This document shows positions 26,292-38,607 of a stretch of DNA of 64,000 bases, one piece after another. Position 1 is the stretch's first letter; each line of letters begins with the position of its first letter. The DNA is from Octopus sinensis (lineage: Eukaryota): positions 19,654,001-19,718,000 of the forward strand of contig NC_043013.1 of NCBI RefSeq assembly GCF_006345805.1. Reading direction: 5' to 3'. Both the position numbers and the translations under genes were made by a program. The notes beneath the pieces are model-generated. The model was given only the letters and a program-made list of their open reading frames with translations. It was not told the origin of the DNA and made no database searches.

Positions 26292-27137
26292 CTCAAGGGA
26301 AGGAAAATATCAATTTAACATCTGCGATTTAGTTTGCTTCGAATGATGTAGACTAGTTCTTCTTATACACGCTGTTTTGAGAGTAGCTATGACTCTGCAC
26401 AAAGCTTTTCCCCTCTTTAAACAGCTTACGATACAGGAATTGCATGAGTTTTGATATTTTATTATGTGCTGCATGTTATATATGGTCGTAGTCAACAAAG
26501 GCAAACTATTCAATGAAGAGATTCCCTGATGACATACAGGAATGTGTCAGAGTGGATGGTAAGTCTACGCACACCTACTGCAAAAGGTACCTGTCTTTGC
26601 CACATCAATGCAAATGAATCTAAGACCACATCCATGCTACTTTAAGAAGGCAGTCAAGCGAACTGATTTGCGCACATATATATACATGCACGCACGCACA
26701 CACACACACACACGCACATACATACTTACATACATACATACGTGCGTGCACACGTACATACAGACATGTATACATGCATGCAAACATACGTGTGTCTGTG
26801 GAGGTATGATTGTGGGTGTGTGTGTATGTTGGGGGTGCGCGCGTGTGAGAATGCGTGCGTGCGTGTGTTTGTGTTATAATAATTGAAAGACTAAGGATTA
26901 TCCAGGCGATTGACTCATCGCCGCTACCTGTTGGAACTTGGATAACGTAGAATTCCAATAACCGAAGGACGATGAGTTATACTTCTACTAATGATATAAG
27001 GAGAAATTTTCGATTCCAAGGTAAATATATCCAGTAGGCATATTATAATCCTTACAGACTGAATAATAATTACTTGGAAGAAAGAGAAGCTAAACTGATG
27101 TAATTTTCATTTCCGTAAACGAGCGTCTTATATTCCA

Positions 27138-27532
27138 CTAGCAGTTTCGCCCGGTGTTGCTCGGGTTTGTAAGCGAAATAACTATATAAGCATTTTTAGA
27201 GATGTAAAGTATAATAGCCATCTCAATATGGTTAACCACAAAGGGGGGTGTTACTGTAGCTTTTTACGTTCTGAGATTTAATAATACATTTTAGAGAGTT
27301 ACTTCCCTTATATAAACCGAGCGAAAATGCATTAAAATTGCGGAAAAATTATGTTACATTTTTTTTTAAATCGTAGACTCATCGTAGACGCGCGCTAATA
27401 CCCTGAAGGGCTCGATATGAATCACGACTATAAGATACCCGCTTTTGGTTACACTGCACCGCAAAATGTGGGAGTAGTTAAGAATCTAAATCGTAGGAGA
27501 CAGACACACAACTTCACTTTTATATATAAAGA
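27138..27532 (-). mobile_element. Non-autonomous Helitron
   Basis: On the minus strand: A|TCTTTATATATAAAAGTGAAGTTG ... CCCGAGCAACACCGGG hairpin ... CTAG|T, i.e. 5'TC, 3'CTAG, subterminal hairpin, AT target, no TSD. Confidence 0.85.
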
Positions 27533-28440
27533 TATTACATAAAAAAGTTGTAGACAAAAATGTAATACATACGTCATATGTAATAAATGCGTTATATTGT
27601 CGTTCATTATTTGCCTCAGATGTCCTCATATGAATTGCAATCACATTATGAAATAAACCTGCTGTGTTGGATAATTTTTCATCCCATCGTGTGTGTATTA
27701 ACAACATGAAGATAAACTAAATGTATATAGTATTTTCATCAACAAACCTCCTAGCTTATTTTCTGTCAGATAAGATTTAATCAAGTAATCAGTTAAATAC
27801 TTCTAATAATATATATGGCAGATCCTCGTTAAACTGGATCACGTTTTGTGGATATCAGATAAAATACACGAAGTCTAAGATAAATGACTCAGCTTTAACT
27901 TCCAACGTCAATTGAGAGGGTATTTGAGTGCTTCACATTTACAAAAGATGATAAATCATCAGAAATGTTAGGATCAGTCAATAATAAAATCATGAATCAT
28001 AATAAAACACTACTTTTTCTGTTCCCGGGTCCGAAAATATTGTGACATGTTTTGTGAGCTACCCATAAACATCTTACAGTTAATCGAATCAAAATACGAC
28101 ACTGACCAGAGGGTAGGATAAAAGGAGTGTGAGAAAAATATAGACCGGAGGCGAACTATATTTTATCAGTTCACCTCGTATTTATCATCCGTTTTACACC
28201 TCTGTCAAAAATACATACCTTATTTCTAAGTTCCACATCCTCTTCCTGCTTCTCTCTGTCTATATTCTGTTTGTTAAATATATATATAACTTACTGTTTC
28301 TCTTTCACACTCCACTCTAATAAACACTACACTTTATGTTGAGAAATTGTATGTATAAATTCATTTCAGAACATTAACTGAAGACAGGTTTTCTTTATGA
28401 TTTTGTTCTTATATTATGGTTGTATAATCTGACATTGAAG

Positions 28441-28750
28441 ATGCATGGCTCATTGGTTAGATTGTCGGGCTTACAATCGTGACGTTGAGAGTACGATTCC
28501 CGGATCGGGCTGTGTATTGCGGAAGACACTTTATTTCACGTTGTTCCAGTTCACTCAGCTGTAGAAATGCATTGCAACATCACTGATGTCAAGCTGCATT
28601 GGCCTCTGCCTTTCCCTTGAACGCCATCAGGGAGACTGGTTTGCATGAGCAACTGCTGGTCTTCCACAAACAACCTTGCTCAGACTTGTTCCTGGAAGAG
28701 AAACATTCTAGGTGCAATCCCATGGTCCTCCGTAACCGAAAGGGGTCTTT
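28441..28750 (+). mobile_element. SINE-C, uninterrupted
   Basis: Colinear with 11861-12385; carries a single GGTTTGCATGAGCAACTGCTGG at the site where the paralog is split. Confidence 0.85.
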
Positions 28751-30112
28751 ACCCTTTTCCGTCATAATCTGATAGTATTTTGTTCTTAAAATCTTATAAA
28801 TCATAAGACAAGATCAAGTCACCTCAAGCTACCCAAAGGGTTTCTATCCAGGTTCAAAGGAGTAACACAGTGCACACTGTGAAAGAATCTACCATACACA
28901 ACACTGGCCAATTTGTGTTACTCTACAATTTTTCATTAATATTTCCATAATTAAGCATTTTTTGCATTTAATTTTATATCATTTTCTACGAATAAAGAAT
29001 AATAATCATAAGAAGAAACATGTGACTCTATCAGTAAACAAAAAAAAAAGGAGAAATTAGAAGGAAGTTACAGAATGTTGCTTCGGTTGGTGAACGTAAG
29101 TGTTGGAAAGTAAACAGTTTCGGACACACAAGAGGCTAAGGAGAAGAAAAATTGCCGCCTGCTCATTGAAATATAATATTGATGCAAACGCTACATCATC
29201 TGTAGGTGCAAGGCAAAGTATGGAAGTTAGAAATGCTACAAAGCTTGAGGCGGGCATGATGCAGTTAGACCATCAGTGATCATGCGATAATAACGACCTC
29301 GATGGAAAAATTCAATATGCTGCTGTCTGACCTATATTTTAGAACTTCAAACAAATAATATAATACACTGTTAATATATTGCTCAGGAAACCGGCGAATT
29401 GATGAATTAAGCCTGATTTATTCTGTTTTGGGAATAACAGTTTCATCAAAGAAAACATTAGACAAGAAAATCTATTTAAACATTTAGCGTAGAATAGTAT
29501 TTGGCAATCAAATCTGTTTAGGAATGAAAGTCTGCCAGAGAAGAATATGAAATTAAAAGTTCTTCCAAAATTTCTCAATTAACAAAACACATCATAGACT
29601 CAAAGTATCATAGTCAGTCTTTATTTTAGGAAAATTACTTCACATTTATCCCAGACAATGGTGTCTTGCACAGTTATATATTTCCGGAGAAGAGTTCTTT
29701 AGCTGTTTTAGAATGTTTTTCACTTCGAATAATATATAAATAATATAATCACATGACGTGTTGCTATTATGCTGAACCGTACTCTGAATAACACAGTCGC
29801 TGATAGAGACCTTCAGTGTAATTTCCTCCTTTCACATAGACACACACACACATGCCTGTATGAATAGGAATGCTTACATACACATACATACACATTGATA
29901 CATATGTGGGCGGGCATTTAGGTTCACACAAACACACACACGCAAACACATACATATATATACATATATATGAATATATGTGTGTGCATGCGTGCGCGTG
30001 TATATATATATATATATATATACATATACACATGCATATGTCTATATACAATAATCAACAAAAATTAATATTCATGACGTTGTTATTTTGAACTCAACAC
30101 CAGCAGAAGCGG

Positions 30113-30144
30113 TATTATTATTATTATTATTAATATTATTATTA

Positions 30145-30206
<62 letters not shown>

Positions 30207-30234
30207 ATTATTATTATTAATATTATTATTATTA

Positions 30235-30276
<42 letters not shown>

Positions 30277-30280
30277 GTAT

Positions 30281-30325
<45 letters not shown>

Positions 30326-30335
30326 CAGTAGTAGT
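30113..30335. repeat. (ATT)n switching to (AGT)n
   Basis: Direct. Confidence 0.95.
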
Positions 30336-30540
30336 AAAACGCGTCAGTTTGTGCATAAACTCGGTAATTCATAACGGTTTACTGTTGACTAACATTAAGT
30401 GTACAGACAAATATATGAATTTATTTTATTTCAGATAATTGCAACACTTCCCACCTCACTTGTGTATTACGCTTTCAGACACCATACTTTTATATATTTT
30501 ATTTACTTCATAATTCATTTATATTCATATATAAACGACG

Positions 30541-30690
30541 AGTGTTCCAGTTACTGCGATCAACAGAACACCTTGCTCGTGAAATTAACGAGCAAGTAGA
30601 CGCGTGTACCCTTAATGTAGTTCTCGGGGAGATTCAGTGTGACACAGAATGTGAGAAGGCTGGCCCTTTCAATTACAGATACGTCTCGTG
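30541..30690 (-). mobile_element. 3' module of a SINE-C variant with terminal stem-loop
   Basis: Reverse complement matches the 3' part of 33590-33770 (GGCCTTGTCA..TGTGTCAC..GCTGAATCTCC.GAGA..TACGTTAAGGGTAC). 9-bp perfect stem at 30572-30596. Confidence 0.7.
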
Positions 30691-30702
30691 TTTGCCAAAG
30701 GA

Positions 30703-30747
<45 letters not shown>

Positions 30748-31984
30748 ATATAATTAAGATTCAGTTGAATTAGGTACCTTAAACTGAGGTACCAGGTCAG
30801 TCCAGTATTATCTGGACAGCACGAAGGTGAATAAAAGGAAAATAAGTAACATGATGTCAAGTATTAGTGCAATACGACCGTTTCAACCGGTTCCATTTAA
30901 CTGAACAATAGAAGCATTACATAAATTTAAATACAGTGCTATCTTCAGTTGCAATAAATATGGATTTTTAACAGAGAAGATATATTAATATCATTTTTCT
31001 GAAATATTTTATTAGAGTTAGAGGATGAAAGAATTTCATGTTGCCACCAATGCAGCTAGAATAATCTAATAGAAGAACTACAACTCTAGAGCGCCATGGA
31101 ACACAGTGGTGGTCATCGATTTTTTATCTGCTTTCTTCTTATCAACAAACTATCTACGGTATTAACAAACTATACTACGTTTATTGAGAATAAAGAACAT
31201 TGTGGGTTGACAGCTCAGAGCTGGCTGTTGGTCATAAATAAATATTACTAGATTCCTTAATTTCTTACTACCATAAGTACCCCTCACCACTAAAAATTTA
31301 GAATGAGTTAATTAGATAGCAGTAAATGCCCAGAAAGTGGGGTACTTATGACAGTAAGAAATTAAGGAATATGAGAAACATCTAGTAACATTTATTTATG
31401 ACCAGCAGCCAGCTCTAAGTTATCAAATCACAATGTTCTTTATTCTCAGTAATCGTATTATTCTAGTCTTAGATCTTTTGCCGATGATAAGAAGGTACAT
31501 GAAAAAAATTAGAAATAAATTATAATCCGATGACTTCCCCCTCCCTATTGTGTTCCATGTCACTCCAAAATTGTACTTCTTCTCTTAGATTATTCTTGCA
31601 ACATGAAATTCTTTCAACCTCTAACTCTGATAAAATATTTGGGAAAAATTACATTAACTTAATATATCTTGTCTGTGGAAAATCCATATTTATTGCAACT
31701 GAAGATAGCAATATTAATAGTGTTCAATTAAATGGAGCCGCTTGAAATGGCCGTATTGCACTAATAGCGGACATCCTGTTACTTAATTTAATTAATTAAT
31801 TAATTATATATATTCCTCTTTTACTTGTTTCTCTCCTTTGACTGTGACCATGCTGGATCACCGCCTTAAAGAATTTTCTTTTTAGTCGAAGAAATCGACC
31901 GCAGAACTTATATTTTATAAGCCTACTACTTATTGTATCTCTTTCTTTTGTCGAACGGTGATTTGAATTTCCTGCCTTGGTATT

Positions 31985-32280
31985 GGTTCATCTGAGAAGT
32001 TGGATAGCAAGAGGTCAAGTTGTTTCTTGAAAACAGCTACCCTCACTCCATGGAGATCCCTCAGATGTTTTGGCAAGGAGTTAAATATCTATGGGTCCTT
32101 GAATCCCAAGCTATTGCAGTACATGGTCCTTGCTTTAGATGAGACAACTGCTACGTTGATAAAGGCAACAACCCTGAAACATGTCTGCAGATGTCTGACT
32201 AGCAAGGTGAAGCGGCTGACCTCCCCTGTTCGAAGGTTTGTAATGGACGCAGGTTCGTGTGTCAAATAGCTAGCTAGAGG
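31985..32280 (-). mobile_element. CR1-like LINE ORF2 C-terminal fragment
   Basis: Minus strand reads TNLRTG..SSKARTMYCNSLGFKDP*IFNSLPKHLRDLHGVRVAVFKKQLDLLLSNFSDEP (GP.LFN.LP..FK..LD..L..DEP motif). Confidence 0.72.
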
Positions 32281-33150
32281 CAATGGCCACTTGGAGCTAA
32301 TCAGCGACAGCTTTAGTCTTATATTTATAGACTACCATATTAGTATGGCGATAACTATTAATATCCAGTAACGATGCCGTAATCTCCTTTAGAGAGACTT
32401 AGAACACGTGCACACACACTCATACATATCTTATACACACATATTTTATATATAAAAATGTATATACATATATGTGTGTGTGTGTATATACATATGCAAA
32501 CATACACACACACACACACACATATTTAGATATATATGTGTGCGTGTTTCTTTGCAAGATATTTTGGTAAAGAGAAAAGAAAAATAGATGCACATACGTA
32601 TTGCACAAATACACACAGAGATGCACGCATGCACGTACACGCACATATTTATGGAGAGAGAAAAAGATACAGTGAACATCAGAAGTGCAGAGACCTGGAG
32701 CTGTCTCTGGTATGCCTAGAAGTATAAAGAAGTAAGTTTATAACAAGTAAAAACATGAAAGACAAAGCTTACTGCCGGGAAGATTTGAAGAGGTTTCATT
32801 AAGTGTAGCAGACAAGTATGAGTATGTACACAGGTAAACCAAATTACACTGCTCTCAGGTAGAACAAACCATTTGCAGACGTTTGAACTAAGGACAGACA
32901 GTTATTTAGTTAATTAGAGATATACACTTGGACTGTCGCATCAAATAGGCAGTGACACTAAATGGTGATCCGTCTTGCTAGAAGCAACATGCATATAACT
33001 ATTCGTAAATTTATCACACTGGAAATTTTTATATTATCTAGATATACAGAAGATTCACAGGCGGCTATAACGGTTTTTTAAAAAATTTATTCCTGGCTCC
33101 AGGGTCATAATTTGAATTACTTCTGTAAATAGGTAACAAGAAGTTTCCTT

Positions 33151-33362
33151 CTCGAGTCGTATCGACTCATAAAAGGCCGGTTTACCGGTTTCCATCTGGG
33201 CGAGGCGCCGATCCGTCGCAAGATTAAGCTTATCTGCCAGCTGAGTGGATTGCAGCAACGTAAAACGAAGTGATTTGCTCAAGAACACAGCACATCGCCC
33301 GGTCTAGGAATTGAAACCACAATCTTATGATCATGAGTTCATCACTCTAACCACTAAGCTAT
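33151..33362 (-). mobile_element. SINE-C-type head with alternative tail
   Basis: rc TAGCTTAGTGGTTAGAGTG..GTTTCAATTCCTAGACCGGGCGATGTGCTGTGTTCTTGAGCAA; the tail resembles that of the 18342 element. Confidence 0.75.
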
Positions 33363-33589
33363 ATACCTGTACTACTTCTGTGATGCATCATTTTTTGAAT
33401 TATGAATCTGCTTAAGTGCTTAAGATGTGGTTGACTTGGGTAAAACAACAGCAACTTTATACATGCGTTTATGAGCATAAAAGTGTACGTTTTATGCACG
33501 AATACCTACACACACATATACCTACCTATGTTTTCATATGTGTATATATGCGCGTATATATGCATGTACGTATGATTGAATTGATGAAG

Positions 33590-33770
33590 AAACGTGGCTT
33601 AGTGGTTAAGGATGCATTTAAACCTTGAGCAACACGCTTTCTTTCACGTTGCTCCAGTCCACTCAATTGGCAAAAATAAGTCGTATCTGTAATTCAAATG
33701 GTCGGCCTTGTCAAATTCTGTGTCACGACGCTGAATCTCCGAGATTTACGTTAAGGGTACGAAACGAAAG
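33590..33770 (+). mobile_element. SINE-C variant, internally deleted
   Basis: GTGGCTTAGTGGTTAAGG..CTTGAGCAAC..TTTCACGTTGCTCCAGTCCACTCA. Confidence 0.7.
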
Positions 33771-33814
33771 TGTAGGAGGGAAAATAATGTTTATTTTTGT
33801 ATACTTCCACTTTA

Positions 33815-34027
33815 TTTATATTTGAAAAGTTTCCTCCTACGATTTTGAATTGCAAAGTGCTTCATCAGATCCTCAAAATTAATTTCATGTAACACATCTC
33901 CATTTATACTTACTAGAGATAAAAGCATCCTAAATATTATTTTAGTAAGTTTGAAGTGATTTCTTTTGTGCCGTAAACCATTTACCATTTCTGTGGTGAC
34001 TACTCCTTCCACTGATGCCCTAAGCAC
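33815..34027 (-). pseudogene. Probable hAT transposase C-terminal dimerisation-domain remnant
   Basis: ASVEG..KRNHFK..LSLVSINGDVLHEINFEDLMKHFAIQNRRRKLF resembles the hAT end motif (AS.ER.FS..IKN.LRS..L.SI..D.L..IDF.D.I..FA...RR). Recall-based only. Confidence 0.5.
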
Positions 34028-34053
34028 GTGTATATTTTGCTGAATGGTTAAAT

Positions 34054-34104
<51 letters not shown>

Positions 34105-34109
34105 CACAT

Positions 34110-34414
34110 ATCACCACCATGATCACCATGACCGACCAGGCTATCAGATGTTGCTACACATCGCTGGTCACAATGCACTTCGCATTGTTTTAGCCTTCAA
34201 ATGACGCCACCCCGCTGGCTAAGCGGGCAGACCAACAGAAGAAAGAGTGAGAGAAAGTTGTGGCGAAAGAGTACAGCAGGGACCGCCACCATCCCCTGCC
34301 AGAGCCTCGTGGAGCTTTAGGTGTTTCTGCTCAATAAACACACACAACGCCCGGCCTGGGAATCGAAACCGCGATCCAACAACCGCGAGTCCGCTGCCCT
34401 AACCACTGGGCCAT
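34110..34414 (-). mobile_element. SINE-D, full length with (ATGGTG)-like tail
   Basis: Head ATGGCCCAGTGGTTAGGGCAGCGGACTCGCGG..GTTTCGATTCCC; body shared with the 18342 element. Confidence 0.88.
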
Positions 34415-34455
34415 ATATATATATATATAAGTGTGTGTGTGTGTGTGTGTGTAAG

Positions 34456-34614
34456 CTCAGCGTGGCCGTGTTGTGAGAAACTTGCTTACAAACCACATGG
34501 TTCCGGGTTCAGTCCCACTGCGTGGCACATTGGGAAGTGTCTTCTACTATAGCTTCGGGCCGACCAAAGCCTTGCGAGTGGACTTGGTAGACGGAAACTG
34601 AAAGAAGCCCTTCG

Positions 34615-34646
<32 letters not shown>

Positions 34647-34920
34647 CATACACATACACATATATATATGTACACATATATATACATACATACATGTATG
34701 TGTGTGTGTATATTTGTCTATGTGTCTGTGTTTATCCTCCCCACCATCGCTTGACAACCGATGTTGATTTATTTACGTCCCCATAACTTAGCGTTTCCAC
34801 AAAAAGAGCCCGGTAGAATAAGTATTAGGCTTACAAAGAATAAGTTAATGGGTCGAATTTTTTCGACTAAAGGTGGTACTCCAGCATGGCCGTAATGACT
34901 GAAAGAAGTAAAAGAAAGAA
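34456..34920 (+). mobile_element. SINE-A, near full length
   Basis: Colinear with 10649-11085, including the internal microsatellite. Confidence 0.88.
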
Positions 34921-35399
34921 CACACACACACACACGCGCGCATACACATATATATGTTTGTATATATATGCGTGTATATAAAGATATTTATGCGTAAATG
35001 ATATAGATATATTATATTCAAAAGACGTTTGCAATTACTACAGCCCCAAGTAATTGTTAATTTCTTATACATCATTTTTAATATGCATAGATGTATACAC
35101 TCACAAGCTGACGCAGATATACCTACACTCACAACACAATATATGCAGTCAGTCACGTATATGCTGCGTCTAAAAGGAGTGAATTTTTGAGACACAGCGA
35201 TGCATGCGTAAACAGACATGCACGTAACTACACGCATACAGATATCTAGAGAAACGTGCACTGCATACATATGTGGGAGTATGTGTGCATGTGCGTGTGT
35301 CTCTGTGCGTGTTTGTGTGCGCGTCTGTGTGTGTATGCGTGTGTATGTGTATGCATGTGTGCATGTGTATATATGCGTGTGTTGTATATGTTTCTGTAT

Positions 35400-36347
35400 G
35401 TGTATTTGTGTATGTGTGTACGTGCGGGATCCAGTGAGTGTGTGCCCGTCTGTTTGTTTGTTTGTATGTGTGTGCGTGTATGTATATGTGTGTGTTTGTG
35501 TGTGTGTGCTTGTTTGTGTGTGCGTTTGTATATGTATGTATATGTGTGTATTTGTGTATATATGTGTATGTGTGCGCGTTTGTTTGTTTGTATGTGTGTG
35601 CGTGTATGTATATGTGTGTGTTTGTGTGTGTGTGCTTGTTTGTGTGTGCGTTTGTATATGTATGTATATGTGTGTATTTGTGTATATATGTGTATGTGTG
35701 CGCTCCAGGGAGTGTGTGCGCGTTTGTTTGTTTGTATGTGTGTGCGTGTATGTATATGTGTGTATTTGTGCATATGTGTATGTGTGCGCGTTTGTGTGTT
35801 TGTTTGTATGTGTGTGCGTTTGTATATGTATGTATATGTGTGTATTTGTGAATATATGTGCATGTGTGCGCTCCAGTGAATGTGTGCGCGTTTGTTTGTT
35901 TGTATGTGTGTGCGTGTATGTATATGTGTGTATTTGTGTATATGTGTATGTGTGCGCGTTTGTTTGTTTGTATGTGTGTGCGTGTATGTATATGTGTGTG
36001 TTTGTGTGTGTGTGCTTGTTGTGTGTGCGTTTGTATATGTATGTATATGTGTGTATTTGTGTATATATGTGTATGTGTGCGCTCCAGGGAGTGTGTGCGC
36101 GTTTGTTTGTTTGTATGTGTGTGCGTGTATGTATATGTGTGTATTTGTGCATATGTGTATGTGTGCGCGTTTGTGTGTTTGTTTGTATGTGTGTGCGTTT
36201 GTATATGTATGTATATGTGTGTATTTGTGAATATATGTGCATGTGTGCGCTCCAGTGAATGTGTGCGCGTTTGTTTGTTTGTATGTGTGTGCGTGTATGT
36301 ATATGTGTGTATTTGTGTATATGTGTATGTGTGCGCGTTTGTGTGTT

Positions 36348-36380
<33 letters not shown>

Positions 36381-36420
36381 GTGTTTGTGTGTGTGTGCTT
36401 GTTTGTGTGTGCGTTTGAGT
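35400..36420. repeat. Hierarchical GT/AT-derived minisatellite with 379-bp higher-order period
   Basis: Landmarks CTCCAGGGAG at 35703 and 36082, CTCCAGTGAA at 35871 and 36250. Confidence 0.9.
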
Positions 36421-37119
36421 CTATCTACGCACGCAATAAATCAGGAATAACGTATGCCTTCGTTTTTCGTTTTTTTTTTCGTTTTTTTTTTATTTCTTAA
36501 TAAGAGACGAATGAATTAATTTTTCAAAAAACAGCCAAAATAACTTATGCAGAGTTGATGCCAAACAAACGGCAGGAATTGGCTTTAATAATGTGCTTGC
36601 AAGAAGATGGAATTGGCAATGTGCATCATTAAATCATTAGAATTTACTATAAACAAAGGGCAAACATAGCAATTTAATTAGTTGAAAAGAAAACAGAAAT
36701 AATGAATTAAGTGCAAGAAACAGAAGAACTGTATTACAATGATGGCTTTCTTCGCTAAATATATTTCCGCTATTTGTATAAACCGAAAATACTGCGCATC
36801 GCTGTGGTTTCTCAAGTTAAGTAGGAAGGCGGGAAAGTGTATAATATAGACATTCATATATGCGTATATAAATACGCGTATACGCACATACAAACACACA
36901 TGTATTTATACATGTGCGTGTATATATATATATGTGTATTTATGATACATGTCTGTGCGTATCTTACACTGAACATACAACATTGTACGGTTGTAATCTT
37001 TTATAAGATTCGTCCATATGTCTTTTACGGTTACTTCAGGGCAATAAATTCCCTTAATTCTTTAATGATTCACGACATGTTCAAACTATATGTATGTGTT
37101 AGCATTTATGTTTGTATAT

Positions 37120-37201
<82 letters not shown>

Positions 37202-37252
37202 GTATATATATACACACATACATATATATTTGTATGCATGTATATATATTAT

Positions 37253-37320
<68 letters not shown>

Positions 37321-37324
37321 TATA

Positions 37325-37531
37325 AGTTAATCCAAACAAGAAAACACAAAATAAACACACCAACGCGAGGACGTGGAACAAATAAAGTACTATTGGACGC
37401 TCAGGAAACAAGGGAAGAAGGAGGGTTTAACGTTTCGAGCGGAGCTCTTCGTCGGAAACACAGGAGAAGGAAAGATCCCGAGAAGGGAAGACAGAGGAAA
37501 AAAATCGCTGGCGGTACTCACGAGGTCGAGG

Positions 37532-37533
<2 letters not shown>
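37325..37533 (-). mobile_element. Second copy of the Penelope-like (TA)n-embedded element
   Basis: Reverse complement aligns with 17306-17520; motif GTTT CCGACGA A GAG CTCCG CTC GAAAC GTT AAAC at 37425-37459; (TA)n on both sides. Confidence 0.65.
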
Positions 37534-37609
<76 letters not shown>

Positions 37610-37628
37610 GTATGTATGTATATTAATG

Positions 37629-37659
<31 letters not shown>

Positions 37660-37662
<3 letters not shown>

Positions 37663-37875
37663 CTAATTTTTTTTATTTTATCTAGTTTCAGCTATCGAGC
37701 TGTGGCCATGCTGGGGCACCGCCATTTTTTAAAGAGTACAACAGGGGTTACCACCCTCCTGCCAGAGCCTCGTGGAGCTTTTAGTTGTTTTCGCTCAATA
37801 AACACATACAACATCCGGTCCGTGATTCTCCGACCGCGAGTCCGCTGCCCTAACCACTGGGTCATTGCATCTCCA
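37660..37875 (-). mobile_element. Chimeric SINE: D head plus A-like tail
   Basis: D head to GTACTCTTT, then GGCGGTGCCCCAGCATGGCCACAGCTC..GAAACTAGATAAAA-polyA. Confidence 0.75.
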
Positions 37876-37878
37876 CAC

Positions 37879-37941
<63 letters not shown>

Positions 37942-37942
<1 letters not shown>

Positions 37943-38195
37943 AAAGGAAATGAAGAAAATGATGACAAAATAATTTAAGTAATGTAAGTAATTTAATTAG
38001 GTGAAAGTTCTTTTTACCGGTTGTGCATTTGTTATGCTTTTCAAAAGTTTTTTCCTCTTATCTGACCGTCAGATAAGAGGAAAAAAACTTTTGATAAGCA
38101 TAACAAATGCGCAACCGGTAAAAAGAACTTTCACCTAATTAAATTACTTACATTACTTAAATTATTTTGCCAGCATTTTCTTCATTTCCTTTTTT
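37942..38195. repeat. Near-perfect ~250-bp palindrome (1-nt spacer at 38067)
   Basis: ~125-bp arms centred on CTGAC-C-GTCAG; about 4 mismatches and 1 indel. Confidence 0.95.
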
Positions 38196-38232
38196 ATATA
38201 TCACAACTCGTGTTCCACATCTCCTTTTTTAA

Positions 38233-38264
<32 letters not shown>

Positions 38265-38285
38265 TTGTATGTATGTATATATATA

Positions 38286-38490
38286 TTTCTTTTACTTGTT
38301 TCAGCCATTTGAATGTGGCCGTGCAGGAGCACCGCCTTTAGTCGAGCATATCGACCCCAGGGCTTATTGTTTGTAAGCCTAGTACTTATTCTATCCTTTC
38401 TTTTGCCGCACCGCTAAGTTACGGGGACGTAAGCAAACCACCACCGATTATCAAGCGATGTTGGGGCGACAAACACAGACGCACAAACAT
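38286..38490 (-). mobile_element. SINE-A 3' half
   Basis: rc of GTCCCCGTAACTTAGCGG..AGAATAAGTAC..GGCGGTGCTCC..GAAACAAGTAAAAGA. Confidence 0.85.
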
Positions 38491-38561
38491 ATGCACACAC
38501 GTACACACACACACACACACTCACACACACACACCACACTCACACTCACACACACACACAT

Positions 38562-38607
<46 letters not shown>

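Noticed and set aside
26526-26550. CTGATGA followed by a small hairpin
   Set aside because: No GAAA or stem III follows, so it is not a hammerhead. The minus-strand CTGATGA hits near 27960 and 33865 fail the same test.
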